The position numbers and the translations under genes are program-made. From a virus: 64,000 bases of DNA. Positions 39,215 to 51,900 of the stretch are shown piece after piece. Position 1 is the first letter of the stretch. Each line of letters opens with the position of its first letter. The stretch lies in the IMG/VR virus record IMGVR_UViG_3300024239_000017; one strand, given 5' to 3'. The notes below the pieces were generated by a model, which was given only the letters and a program-made list of their open reading frames with translations, was not told the DNA's origin and did not search any database.

Positions 39215-42146
39215 TTATTACTGCTTTTATTCTTTGTTGTATTAAGTCTGTTGCTAATTTTTCTGATATTGCATCTAGACTGTTTCTATTATATACCGCA
39301 TCTTGTGGTTCAGACATATAAATCAATTGGTTATTTTGTCTAGCAACTATAGACCATTTATCGTTTATAGGTTCTGTACTTATATTAATAGGGGTACTTA
39401 ATATATTCTTTATTTCTTCTGAGTATTTATTTATAATCTCCTCTCCATAAACAGCTTTGAAATTTTTGTAAATATCTTCTTGTGTTACAGGAGGATTCTT
39501 ATAAGCCTCGTATCTTTTTTGCTCTGGTAGATAATCTATGGTTTCCAAGAAAGATTCTTTGTTATCTACAATATCTACTGTTTTATTATATTTTACTGCG
39601 TTTGGATTAGAAGCTGAGTATATAGATTTTTTATCTTCAAAACTAACGGAATTTATTACTTGTGGTGGTAAATCCTCTATTTTAATATTATCAAAAGTCT
39701 GTGTTTCATATTCATCACCGTCTTTTACTGATGCTATTATTTTAGCCATCCCTTTTTCCTTATCCACTACTATTTTAAGATTACTATCTTTTTCCAATTG
39801 AGTCCCTGTTGGAAGAGAAGCCATTATATCTGGCATCATTTTTTTAAACTTGTCATCTCCTAAATATATGTTTAGTGATTTAGGTGCGTTGTAGGAATAA
39901 TCTGTCAGTTTATTTGAGTTATTTTTTACAGTATTTTTAACTCTTTCTTTAAATTGCGCAGTATTAAATCCGATTTTATCAGTATCTATATCCCTACTGT
40001 CTAATGACTCTAAGTTTGTATTGGCATTTAACAAATCTCTATTACTTGTTTCTATTGTTGAACGAATCCCTCTTCTGTTAAAAGAACCATCTCTTATGTT
40101 TTTAAGATAATCATTGAAATCTTTTGCGTATGTAGAATTGGAATCTGAATTTAACATTTTTTCAAAAGTTTGAGCATAAGTTAAATACTTACTAATTTCT
40201 GTACCTACGTTTGTTGATAATAACTCTTGCGTAAATTTTTCCAATACTCCCTTGCTACTATAATTAGAAGTGTAAGTTAATTTATTTACAATATCTCTAG
40301 CTTTGTCTGAAGATATTTTATTTCCTTTTTCATCTTTAATGTTTTGGGCTTCTATTGATATTAATCTTTTTATTTGCATTTTTTCTGCGGCGGACATATC
40401 CTCATCCATTAATAGTGTATTATATACACCTATTACTTGAGCTGCTTTTGCAAAATTATCATTTCTATTATTTAATACCGTTCCTTTTACAACATTTCCT
40501 TCTTTATCTATAGTATAACCATTATTAGCATATTCTAGTATTTTTTTAGTATCTTCTTTTGTTTTTGGAGATTTTATACCCTCTAAAAATTTCAAACTAT
40601 TACTTCTTATATTACCCAACCCTTCATCTATTTTTCTAAGTGCCCCTACTGTTGATTTTGTATTATCAATAATTGCTTTACTTTCTTCTGATAAGTGATC
40701 ATAAAGTACTCCCATTTTCCCTGGAGCGTTTACTAATCCCCATGCTAATGATTTTGGATCTTTTGCTTTTGCTTTTACTGATTCTAAAAGTTTTTCATTT
40801 TTAGGATCGTTAAGTATTTGCTCTATTTCAGATGTAACGGTAGTATTCATTAATTTAGAATTTTCTGTATTCTGTTTATCAGCTTTTACAAAACCGTCTT
40901 CTACTTCAGCATCCTCTGGGTTAAAAGGTTCATCTCTTGTTGGAATTTTATTTTGATTAAAAGGATTATTAGGATTCTCAACAACTGTTCCATCAGGATT
41001 AAGATCAAACCCTATTTTATTATACTCTAATTTTAATTTCATGAATTCCTGTTCAGAATCCATATTCATTTTATCACGGTCAAGTTGATTTTTTATATCA
41101 TCTTGACTCATATTATAATTGAATTTTGCTATTTCAAAACCACTATTATCTACAAAAGAATCTACTAATCTATCATAAGAAAGGAAACTGGTATTTTTTG
41201 CATAAAAATTATTAGTATAAAGTTTATTTATGATATTATCTCTGTTAAACGCTGTTTTTTTATCATCTAGTAAATTAGATTTAAAACTATCTAACTTATC
41301 TATTTCTTGTTTTATTTGATTTTTAATAGTTGAATTTGTTGGTTTTGTTAATTGCAAATTTAACTCTGCCTTTCTATCCTCTATATAATTTATATTGGCG
41401 TCGATATTACTATCATAATCTGCTTTAAGTTCCTCGTCTTTTTTATCTCTATATGTGTACCACCCATCAATATATAATTGATTTTTAAGTTCAGGTGTCA
41501 TCATCATATCTATAAAATCCTTAGCAGTTTCCATAGATATTTTTTCCTTTTTACCTATTCTTGTAAACCAAGAATTTCCTCCTATTTCATCATAATGATA
41601 TTCTACACCAAAATCTTTAAGTATTTTAGAGTTTTCTAATATATGTTTCTGTACGTCTTTGTATGGTACATATGGTCTAGCATTATATTTATCTCCTGCT
41701 TCTTTAGAAGAAAGGTATCTATTTAAGTCTGCTGTAGCGAATTCTTGATTCTGTAGTGACCACATATCAGGCTTAGTTTTCTTAATATTTTCTATCTCCT
41801 CTATTTGTTTTCTATAAGCTTTTGTAGAAGCAACTGCATTTAATACCTTTTCATCTATAGCACTTGATATATATGACTGAACTTCATTTGTTATATTCTT
41901 TTTAGACCAGTCTCTTGTGCCTGATTCATTTATATAACCTACTATACTTTTTAATCTTTCTCCAAGATATTCTTTATCCACATCTTTTAATAAATCTGTA
42001 TTACTATATTGATTTATTAATTGCTGGGTTTGCATCGTATTTACATCATAGTTTTGTTGTAAATACGTTGCTGCTTTTCCCAATGTATTAGATATGTCTA
42101 GCTGTACTGGATCTCTATATGTATCTATTCTATATGCTGTAGCCAT
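39201..42146 (-). CDS. internal virion protein, 981 aa
   Basis: cargo-block position; helical; no Cys seen. Confidence 0.6.
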   Translation of the reverse strand: MATAYRIDTYRDPVQLDISNTLGKAATYLQQNYDVNTMQTQQLINQYSNTDLLKDVDKEYLGERLKSIVGYINESGTRDWSKKNITNEVQSYISSAIDEKVLNAVASTKAYRKQIEEIENIKKTKPDMWSLQNQEFATADLNRYLSSKEAGDKYNARPYVPYKDVQKHILENSKILKDFGVEYHYDEIGGNSWFTRIGKKEKISMETAKDFIDMMMTPELKNQLYIDGWYTYRDKKDEELKADYDSNIDANINYIEDRKAELNLQLTKPTNSTIKNQIKQEIDKLDSFKSNLLDDKKTAFNRDNIINKLYTNNFYAKNTSFLSYDRLVDSFVDNSGFEIAKFNYNMSQDDIKNQLDRDKMNMDSEQEFMKLKLEYNKIGFDLNPDGTVVENPNNPFNQNKIPTRDEPFNPEDAEVEDGFVKADKQNTENSKLMNTTVTSEIEQILNDPKNEKLLESVKAKAKDPKSLAWGLVNAPGKMGVLYDHLSEESKAIIDNTKSTVGALRKIDEGLGNIRSNSLKFLEGIKSPKTKEDTKKILEYANNGYTIDKEGNVVKGTVLNNRNDNFAKAAQVIGVYNTLLMDEDMSAAEKMQIKRLISIEAQNIKDEKGNKISSDKARDIVNKLTYTSNYSSKGVLEKFTQELLSTNVGTEISKYLTYAQTFEKMLNSDSNSTYAKDFNDYLKNIRDGSFNRRGIRSTIETSNRDLLNANTNLESLDSRDIDTDKIGFNTAQFKERVKNTVKNNSNKLTDYSYNAPKSLNIYLGDDKFKKMMPDIMASLPTGTQLEKDSNLKIVVDKEKGMAKIIASVKDGDEYETQTFDNIKIEDLPPQVINSVSFEDKKSIYSASNPNAVKYNKTVDIVDNKESFLETIDYLPEQKRYEAYKNPPVTQEDIYKNFKAVYGEEIINKYSEEIKNILSTPINISTEPINDKWSIVARQNNQLIYMSEPQDAVYNRNSLDAISEKLATDLIQQRIKAVINGSK

Positions 42147-45134
42147 CTATTTTAAATATTTCTTTATATTTTTAGAAAGTAGTAATCCACCTCTTTTTTT
42201 ATTTTCTTTTTTATCATTTACTTTTTCAGCTTTTTCAACCTCCTTAGTATTAGGATTAATTCTATATAATTGATCATTATAATAAAAAACATTTGGATCT
42301 CCTACTTGTGTTACTTGTCCAAGACTATTAATTTTATAATTAGGGTTTATAGCGTTGAAAGTATTAACTTGGTTTTGTAAATTCCAATTATTAACATTTT
42401 CAAGATTTTTCTTATCTATATAATTTCTCCAACTTGCTATGAAATTGTCTTGTGCATCTTGCGCAGACTTTTCATATTCGTCCATTTTACCTGTATTATA
42501 AATATCTCTTTTATTTATTCTTTCCTCATTTATATTTTCAACATTCCTTCTATCTTGTGCATTAGCCATTGAAGTGCTATAATAAGCTTGATTTATAGCA
42601 TCATTGGTTTGAGCTTGAAGATTAGCCATCGCAGCTCCTGCTGTATAAGGATTATTTTCCATTATCATAGAAGAAGCAGTATTATACTTTCTATTTAACT
42701 CTCTTATTGTTTCTTCTGGTGAAACATATATAGGAGTAGCCTCATAACTTCCGATTGTTCTAAGAGAAGGTTGAAGTAAATTAGGAGGTAAATTAGATTG
42801 ATTTGGTACTAATAAAGGCATTGTGTTACCATTATTATCCTGTCTTACTGAAGGTGGTAATCCAACTTTAGACGTAGATGTATTGGTATTATTTGAAACA
42901 GCTTCTTTATCAGAAGAAACTTTATTAGTAATAGGATTAAAATATAGTCCTGTTTTATTACTTGAGTATATGGTTTTACCGTTTACGTCTTCTACTTTTT
43001 TATAATCTCCTTCTTTTATAAAATTATCAAGTTCTTGTTGATTATTAAAATTTACGTCTTGTACATCTGCGAATCTATAAAACCATTTATTATCTACAAA
43101 GTTAGAATCTACATATTTTTTATAAGCCTCTTCATTAGTAGATCTCTTATCAGTTATTAGTTGTATAAGTTTTCCCATATTTTCTTTGGGAACCATACTC
43201 TGAGAACCTACCAATATCTTATTATCTTTTACCTTTACACCTAAAGCTTTAAGTTCTTCTTGATTAACTAAACCGTTATCCAAAGCTGTTTGTAATCCTT
43301 TTTGTGTTGGGGCGACATTTGAAGAGTAGTGTTTAGAAGTTTCTGGATATGTTTCTGTAAATTTTTTCTGTGCTAAACCAGCCAACTTATCTTGTCCTTC
43401 TTGTGTCGCTAACTCTTTGGAATCATACGTTATCCCTAATCTATCTAAAATAGTTTTAAGTCTTTCTCCTTGTTTTTTAATATCACCTTTTTCGTAAGTC
43501 GGATCCCAAGTATAACTATCTATTATTTTTTTGAAATCTCCTACTTTTAGACCTGCTTGTGCGTATTCAACTGTACCCTCTTCTGTTCCCTCGTCATTAG
43601 ACTTATCATCAACTTGTTGTGATCCTTGAGATTGTTGTAATTCTCCTACCATTTGTGATATGGCTTGTTCTAATTGAGAATCATCTAATTGTTGTAACTG
43701 TTGTACTATTTCAGCTGGATTTTGTCCTGTTAACTGTGAATAAGCTATTATTATCTGCTCTAATTCATTTGAAGATTCTTCTTGAGGAACCATCTGTTCA
43801 TTATCAGAGGGTTGTGCTACTTCACCACCTTGTTGTTTTTTAAAGTTATATCCACCGTCTTCTTTACTTTCCTCTTGTCTATTATAAACATAGTTTGTAA
43901 ATACTTCTAATTCACTCTCTAGTTCTTTTTTAGATACTTCAATTTCTTTAAGTTTATTAGTAAGTAATTCCATATTAACACTTTTAGAACCTTCGAATTC
44001 AACGTCTTGTTGCTTATTTATTTTTTTATAAATATCTTCTTGTTGTTCTAAAATATCAGTTAATCCTATTTTTTTCTTATATTTATCTATTACTGTTGAA
44101 AATGTATTTGAATGTTTTGTATTTATATCAAATTCTTTTTTAAATTCTGTTGCTAACTTTGAACCTATTTTTAAATAATCTGATATTACTTTTGTGCCGT
44201 CTGGTACATTCAACATTTCTCCACCTTGTGAGTGTTTATTCCCTAGAACTTCCATTGTAGAACCATCGGGTGTCTGTAAATATTCTCCTTTTTCAACTTC
44301 TACATTTGGATTAGGATGGTCTTCATTACCTTGAATGAAATTTCCTGTCATCATTTTCTCTACTTCACCACCTTTTTGCATATAAGATCTTCTAGCTTTA
44401 TTTTGTGCATCAATGAGATCTTGTTCTTTTTCATTAGCGGCTTCTTGTAATATCTTATAAGCTCCTGCTCCTGATAAAGCATTTCTTGCTCCTGAAAGTA
44501 ATAATTTTCCTGAGGCTCCAACTACTCCTAAAGCATTTTTATCTTGTGCAAATGCACCTAATGCAGTAGCTGTATTTTCCATATTCCAACCTCCGTAAGG
44601 ATTTATAGGACTTGTAAACGCTCCGTTATTACTATTAACATTATTTTTCTGTACTTCCTCACCAGCTTTTCTTTGAACCTCGTTATAATCAACAGGTACA
44701 TCTAAAGCTGTAGCCATCTTGTCTTTTTGTGACGCTTTATATTTCTCTGCTTCAGCTATATCTTCCATAGTAGGAGGTAATATAGTAGGTGCGCTCGTTA
44801 AATATGGAGACGGTGACTGGTTACCGTATACTGTGATTCCTTCTAAAGAATTATCTATAGGAGGTATTACCAATGGGCTTTTGATTTTTCCCCAATCCGC
44901 TTGAGCATATGGAACTTCTAATACACCTTCTACATCATTTTCAAACTGTATGTCTGAATCTCCTGGTTTTGCAATCTTTTTTCTGTTATATTGTGGTACT
45001 CCATTTACAATAGGAACAAGCGTCAAACTTTTACTAACACCTTCCATAGTAATTAAATTGCCTGGGATAATATTATAACTCCTATTTGAGTGTGGAGAGT
45101 TATCTTTATAACCTGTTATTGATAGATTGTTCAT
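42147..45134 (-). CDS. internal virion protein, 995 aa
   Basis: NVEVEKGE...G.KHSQGG motif, repeated Q.GG motifs, Gln-rich helix. Confidence 0.65.
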   Translation of the reverse strand: MNNLSITGYKDNSPHSNRSYNIIPGNLITMEGVSKSLTLVPIVNGVPQYNRKKIAKPGDSDIQFENDVEGVLEVPYAQADWGKIKSPLVIPPIDNSLEGITVYGNQSPSPYLTSAPTILPPTMEDIAEAEKYKASQKDKMATALDVPVDYNEVQRKAGEEVQKNNVNSNNGAFTSPINPYGGWNMENTATALGAFAQDKNALGVVGASGKLLLSGARNALSGAGAYKILQEAANEKEQDLIDAQNKARRSYMQKGGEVEKMMTGNFIQGNEDHPNPNVEVEKGEYLQTPDGSTMEVLGNKHSQGGEMLNVPDGTKVISDYLKIGSKLATEFKKEFDINTKHSNTFSTVIDKYKKKIGLTDILEQQEDIYKKINKQQDVEFEGSKSVNMELLTNKLKEIEVSKKELESELEVFTNYVYNRQEESKEDGGYNFKKQQGGEVAQPSDNEQMVPQEESSNELEQIIIAYSQLTGQNPAEIVQQLQQLDDSQLEQAISQMVGELQQSQGSQQVDDKSNDEGTEEGTVEYAQAGLKVGDFKKIIDSYTWDPTYEKGDIKKQGERLKTILDRLGITYDSKELATQEGQDKLAGLAQKKFTETYPETSKHYSSNVAPTQKGLQTALDNGLVNQEELKALGVKVKDNKILVGSQSMVPKENMGKLIQLITDKRSTNEEAYKKYVDSNFVDNKWFYRFADVQDVNFNNQQELDNFIKEGDYKKVEDVNGKTIYSSNKTGLYFNPITNKVSSDKEAVSNNTNTSTSKVGLPPSVRQDNNGNTMPLLVPNQSNLPPNLLQPSLRTIGSYEATPIYVSPEETIRELNRKYNTASSMIMENNPYTAGAAMANLQAQTNDAINQAYYSTSMANAQDRRNVENINEERINKRDIYNTGKMDEYEKSAQDAQDNFIASWRNYIDKKNLENVNNWNLQNQVNTFNAINPNYKINSLGQVTQVGDPNVFYYNDQLYRINPNTKEVEKAEKVNDKKENKKRGGLLLSKNIKKYLK

Positions 45135-45138
45135 TTAC

Positions 45139-45909
45139 TTATATATTTAATTTTATATCGTTGCTTAATACTGATTTTGATAATGGTACTGTAGATAAAA
45201 CTTGTTGTTTTTCCAACTGTTTTTGTTTTAAAACTTCCTCTATATATTTATTTTCTTCTTCTACCATTTTTTTATTCTGTTCTTGTACTTTCCTTTCTTC
45301 CTCTAATTTAGAATCTCTTATGTATTCTTGCTCTGTTTTATAAGTATTCATTACTGTATTTACAAAATCTGGACTTTTTTGATATAATTCTTGTGTTTTA
45401 CTATCCGTCCAATCTATTACACCGTTTTGCATACCTTTGATTATATCAGTGTATTCTTTTAAATAAGGATTTTCATAATTATTGCCGTAATCATTAGATA
45501 ATGAATTGTTATTTGTTATTCTATCTATATATTCTTTATTATATCTTCCCCAGTTAGATTTATCTGTTCCACCATGGTATTCTCTTATTGCCGTATAATA
45601 ATCTCCATTATTTCTATCTGCCGATTCTTTTAATAAATAGGCCGCCGCTAACGAAGCCTGATCTGGATTCCAAGCGTCTACACCATACTTTTTAAGTACA
45701 TTATTTCTAGTTGAAGGAATAAACTGATATACCCCTTTTGCATTAGCACTTGACACCTGGTTTTCATTAGATCTTTCACCTAATAATCTTACAGACCTTA
45801 ATATATGTAATGGCACTCCTGTTTTTTTAGAAGCTATTTCATCTGTTTTATCGTAAAAAGGGTCGGTGTATTTTCTACCACCTTTCTGTAAAAACTGTTT
45901 TAATCTCAT
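45139..45909 (-). CDS. virion-associated lytic transglycosylase (SLT-like)
   Basis: catalytic GERS, SSANAKGVYQFIPST, A.YL, YHGG. Confidence 0.8.
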   Translation of the reverse strand: MRLKQFLQKGGRKYTDPFYDKTDEIASKKTGVPLHILRSVRLLGERSNENQVSSANAKGVYQFIPSTRNNVLKKYGVDAWNPDQASLAAAYLLKESADRNNGDYYTAIREYHGGTDKSNWGRYNKEYIDRITNNNSLSNDYGNNYENPYLKEYTDIIKGMQNGVIDWTDSKTQELYQKSPDFVNTVMNTYKTEQEYIRDSKLEEERKVQEQNKKMVEEENKYIEEVLKQKQLEKQQVLSTVPLSKSVLSNDIKLNI

Positions 45910-45913
45910 AATA

Positions 45914-45944
45914 CAAAAGTATAAAAAAAATTTAATATTACAAA
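45914..45944 (-). promoter_or_regulatory. class B promoter copy 2
   Basis: TTTG-N19-TACTTTTG, ATG 4 nt downstream. Confidence 0.8.
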
Positions 45945-45963
45945 AAGTATTAATATTTATATT

Positions 45964-45987
45964 AAAAAATCCCCATATAGGGGATTT
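45964..45987 (-). terminator. intrinsic terminator
   Basis: AAATCCCC/GGGGATTT stem plus T-run. Confidence 0.8.
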
Positions 45988-45991
45988 AATA

Positions 45992-48900
45992 TTAATATGA
46001 CTCTTCGTTTGAAACCATCCATTTAAAATATGATTTAAATTGACTATGTTTATCCTGTGTTAATCTGGCTAAGAACCAATCTCCTCTAAGTCTTTCTAGT
46101 ACTTTTTTGGAAGTAAACGATATGGCTTCACTATTAAGTGTTTTATATATTTCATTATCGTCCCAATTCCATAAAGGAAGATGTGAGCTCTCTTTCTTAA
46201 CTCTATTGTAGAAATAGTTAATATTTACCGTTTCGTCAAAATGAGTTACAGGTATACCTTGTTCTGTGCTAGAAATACTTATAGGGTATTTTGATTTTTT
46301 AAAACTATCTTCGTATTCTAAATGCAATAATCCAGAGTTATTTGTTTGATTATAAACTGTCAGTTTATTAAACAATTTTTTTCTCCATACCGCATAATCA
46401 TAATCATTATAGTATCTTTTTGATATACCCCATACTTTCATGTCATTTAATACATTATTTGTATAAGTATTTTTTATAGGTATTTCAATAGTCCAAGGAT
46501 ATAATTTTCCATAAAATACTTGATAAGATTTATTAGTATTAATATGTGTCCATATTCCCTTTTCATTTTCATCGGCACTATAGTTTATACCTGTTTGGAA
46601 ATAGTCATTGTATGCTACAGAATAATTTGGTTTAAAGTCATAATAACTTATCCAATTATTATATATAGGAGAATATGCAACAGTCCAAGATACATTTTTA
46701 AAGTAGTTTTTATCTGTTAATTCTATTTTATTAGAAACTTCATTATTTATATAATAAAACTCTCCGTTAGAATAAGATATTTTCCCTTTATGTTGAGGTA
46801 GTATTTTATAATCTAATTTTGTAATGAATACTCTTTTAAATTTAGAATCCCACCACATAAGAATACCAAGTCCTTTAAAATGATTATCTACATCTTCTTC
46901 CGTTAAATTATATATACCTTGTTTTAGTATTTTAAAAGGAAGATGTTTTTTAAACCATTTTCTCATTCCGCTTTCCCCACCTGATTTTTTGAAATCAGAT
47001 ATTATATTCAATCCTTTCGCATTTGACTCTAATTGGAATACTTTTCCTCTTTTAGCATCTGTCCAGAAATGACCAAATTCACATGATACCATGGATCTAT
47101 GTTGCGATCCTGTTTCACCTAATTCTGTATAACTAAACTGCATAGGTCTTTGAGCAAATATTCCTCCTGTTCCAAGCTCTTCGTTATCCTGATTTATTCT
47201 TTCTCTCAATACATCAATAGCATTAAATACTGTCATATTATTGCTGAATCTTCCCATTACTTGAGTTGATTCTATAGCGTCTAAAGATATTAATTTACCA
47301 TATGAAAATGGAAATCTATATATATTGAAAGGTTTAAATATTAACCAAGGGTCTGATAAAGATACTTCTGAGTTATCGGCTTCACTCCATGCTACACCAT
47401 TTTCTGCTTCTGAAAGACAATCCCATTTTTTCTTATCATAATAAGAAGGTAATACTCTATAAGGCAACCCTGTTTGGTTTTTTGAAAATATATCATTGTA
47501 ATAAAAGATATTATTATGTGCAATTGTTACATTTTCTTCTTGAACCCAATCTTCTACATTAATTCCTTTTGAAGCAAACTGTTCATGATATTCTTTACCA
47601 GAGTATCTATAATTTGTATTTATTTCTGATTCAACTAAGAAATATGGTATAGCATAAGCATATAAATAAAACTTAGAGGGTTCTCCTTCATAGAATTTTT
47701 TAGCACCTGTAGTACAATCCATACTATATTTAGAAGATAAATAAGGCATATCAGATGAACCTATTTCGTCATCTACTGACTTATGATCAACATAAAATCT
47801 AGTATATCCTATATTAGAATTATTACTATATTTAAATGCGGTTCTATTTGCCAAGCCTACAGCGTTATTATCAAATAAAGATACTTTATTCTTGAAGTCT
47901 ACTCTTGATATAAAAATATCCCCTCCGAATATATTTTTTGATTCGTTATTAAATAATACATTGTGGTTTAAAGCAAGCCATTTTATTTCGTCTATTTTAC
48001 CATATTGATCTGGTACATAGTTTTTAAGTGTAGCATATGGACTAGCTATTTTCTTAACCAAGTTTGTATCATTACATCCATTCTGTGAAGATAAATATCT
48101 ACTTGAGTTTCTAACTGATATATCAGTATTATCATAATTAAAATATTTCGAAGGGTAATTTATAGGAAAATCCTCTCCTGTAAATAAATATATACTTCCT
48201 TCTCTGTCTTTGTTGTTTAATACTGTTATAGTAGAATCATTATTATCTGTCTCAAATGTTACTTCTAAACCGTTACTTAGATATTTTGAAGTTACCAACC
48301 CTCTTAACATATCCCCTTTATCTTTATTTGGAACAAAGTAGTTATACATTCCTTTAGAAGAAACGTACATTGAAGCAAAGTTATTAACAGATCCTCGTTG
48401 TTCAAATATTTCCAACCATTGTGCTTTAAGTTTAGGTAACTTATATGTAACTAGATTTATACCTTCTATACCTAAATATATGGCTGTTGCTATTGTTGAG
48501 GTTGCTGCACCTATAGGGTTTCCACCAGTATTGGCTATACCTACTGTAAACCAATAATTTTTAGAACTTTCTACTGTTAATGTTGCAACATTTAATGCTG
48601 CTTCCATTAAGATTTCAGCCATAGCAAGTTTATCTGCTTTAGAATATGCTTTAGATCCTAATAACACCCATTCAGAATGGTTTTTTACTTTAGTAAAACT
48701 AGTTAAAGCTTTACCATACATATAACCGTCTATCTGAAGTTCACTAGGTGATTTGGGTCTATTATAATATACCTCTGGGGCTATTAAAGAAAATCTATCA
48801 TTTTTAATAGAGCTATATGGGTGATTTAATAATACTTTTCTATCCTCATCTTCTGTTATAAATTGATTTTTACCTAGTGAATTATACGGGAAGTTTCTGA

Positions 48901-51900
48901 AAAATGTTCTTTCATTATTCTTACTATTCTTTTTATCCTCATACATATCGTTAAGGATTCCTTTCATTATAATAGATTTATCTACTGTTCTATCCCCTCT
49001 ATATATTTCATATCCTATTATACTATCTCTTTGTTCTTTACTTATTAGATTTGATTTTACTGCCGAATCTAAAAATACATTAATAGTTTTTTCATCTATT
49101 GTTATTCCTATTGGAAATATTTTACTATTTGAAAAGTCTATTAATGACTCTGAAGACATGAAAGGTATTATACTATTATCGGGGAATTTGAAGTGTCTTA
49201 TTGGTTTACATACTAAATTTGCTTTACTTCTACCGTCTTCATCTTTCCAAATAATATTCCCATCAACGCCTGCTCCTTCTACATAATAATCAGAAAATAA
49301 ATTTAATATTTCATCATCTTCGTGTGATAAATCATTTATATTAAGTTTAAGAACAGAACTGTCATATAAATCATTATTATCTGGATATGTTTCTGTTGAT
49401 TCCCAATATGAAAACATACCATATTTATGAGGTACTACACCACAATTTTCATTAATAGGAGCATTAAACTTACAGAATGTCTCATAGGTACTAACCTTAT
49501 TCATGTAAATTTTAGAAGCATTTACTATTGCTTTATAATATTCTACTCCTCTAATTTTTATATCAAAACAAGAACTTGTTGTTGAAGGAACATATCCATT
49601 TATAGTATAGATACAAGGATCTCCTTCCGCATCTTTAAATGTTTTCGTTACATTTTCAAGATGTATTAATTTAGTATCAAGCGTTAAATACACCTTGCTT
49701 CTTCCTAAAACAGATTTTTCTAATAATAAAAATTTACCATCGGTACTATTATAAACTCCATGTGATAAAATATTCAATGTTCTACAATCATCATATATCA
49801 CATATCTAACTTCGTTGTCACCAGAAGTTGCATCTTTTACCATACTAGCTTCTGTTTCTGGAGTTATCTCTACCAATAGTTTTTCATTATTATCGAAGTT
49901 TATTTCATACCACAATGCTGTTTTAGGTAATTTATTTTCAAATCCTGTGTAAGCAGGAGCTGTTACATTTGTAAGTAAATTATTCTTATCTATAACATAA
50001 TCATCCTGTGTTCTATTAGGACTTTGTATGTAGTTATTTATATTTGTATATATATTACCACCTTGGTTATTACTATTAAGTTTTAAAAGGTTTATTGTAC
50101 CTGTAAAATCTAGTGCAAAAGCATTGGAATAAGTAGGTAATCCTAAAGCTGAAATACAGTCATTATTTTCATAAGTGTTTTGTCTATCTACGAAATGACT
50201 TATTTCAGTATTTTTAACATCTACAGGCTCATTAGTTTCATCTATAATTTCTATATCCGCATATAATTTTTGTGTTTTAGAATTTACATAGCACTTATTT
50301 TTAGTAGATGTATGTGAATATTTTTCATCTGTTGTTACTTCCCAAGGATATTTTTTTTCTATAAGGTCTGCTTGTTCGTTTATTACATCTCCTATATATA
50401 GTCTAGAAGATATTTTTACAGGTGTGGTACATGTTTCTACCCCACAATCTGAGTCACAGATTTCAAAAGGTATAGAATCTGTTACGTCACACTCTTCTAA
50501 AATATCATCTGTTAGAAGCTCTTTTAATTCTGGATAATAATAATCATCTCCAATTTCAGCATCTCTAATAGCGTCATAATGAGTCTCAACAAAATCACGT
50601 AATGAATAAAAATCTTCTTCTATTTTAATTTCTAATTGTAGATCTGTTACTGATTTTACATTTTCCTGTAAACAGTCTTCTTCTACCTTTCTTGTTATTA
50701 CTTTATTATTATCATATATAATATCTGAATAACTGTTTCCTAATACTTTACCTGTATTATAAAATTGCCATTTATGTATTCTATCTGTATTTGAACAAGT
50801 AGCAGAGTTTGTTAATAATGAATCTACATCTAAGTTATAACCATTATCATGTATAGATAGATCATCTAAGCTACTTGGTCTTCCCACAAAAGGAAATAAA
50901 GACGTTTTGTAACCTGTATTAGATATAAATCTTATACCTAATGGATATACTTCGTCCCTCATGTAACCTTTATAATTGGCTACATTTATGCCGTCTTTAT
51001 ATAAATCTTCCCCTGCTTCGACTGTTTGCCATTTTACAAAAGAACCAAGCATATTTACCATTGGTTGAAGATTCCATTCTTTTTCTACCTCGTAATCGTA
51101 TCCAAATAATATACCATTAGAAGCTACCATTCCTCCAAAATTTTTATAAACAGGTTTTTCAGAAAATAATTTATTTATACTTATTCTGTTTTTACCACTA
51201 TTTGAGCTATATATTATATTTACGTCTGTAGTAGAGTGTACACCTTCTTCATACGCTGTAACATTATCGTTGGATACTCTTTCTATGACAACTACTTTAT
51301 AGAAATTAAATTTTCTATCTAGATTTTCTACTTTTACTTTTATAGAATAGTTTGTTGATTCATTGAAACTTTCCCCTGTAATTGAAAGATTATCAAAATC
51401 AAAGTTTGTTATTGGATTTGTCGCGGCAATATAAGAAGTTAATTCATTGCCTAGTTTATCACAATATGCTATATAAAATTCATAGTTTCCTCTCTTCAAG
51501 CTTCCACCATAATTTACCATTGTTGGTTTTAAAACTGGTGTTATATATTTTGGAAACAATCTCATTTTATCGCAATCTAGACAAGTTGGTATCATTTCAT
51601 TTTCACCACATTGTGAATCTATTTCATAATGATAATAATCTAAATTGTCTAATATTATATATCTAGGTGGATTATTTTTTGAAGCAAAAGTCATAGTGAA
51701 TCCACATGCTTCTCTTTTTAATTCTATCGAATGTATTGGATAATTTGGATCAAAATTTAAACAGTTGTTACACTCGTCTGATATAATAGTTGTATAAGTA
51801 CACGTTTCTATTATATTTTCTATGTTTTCTAACGGTTCAGATAATACTGTTTTTATATCACAATTGCATTCTGATGTAGAATCTTCTAAATCAGGAGAAT

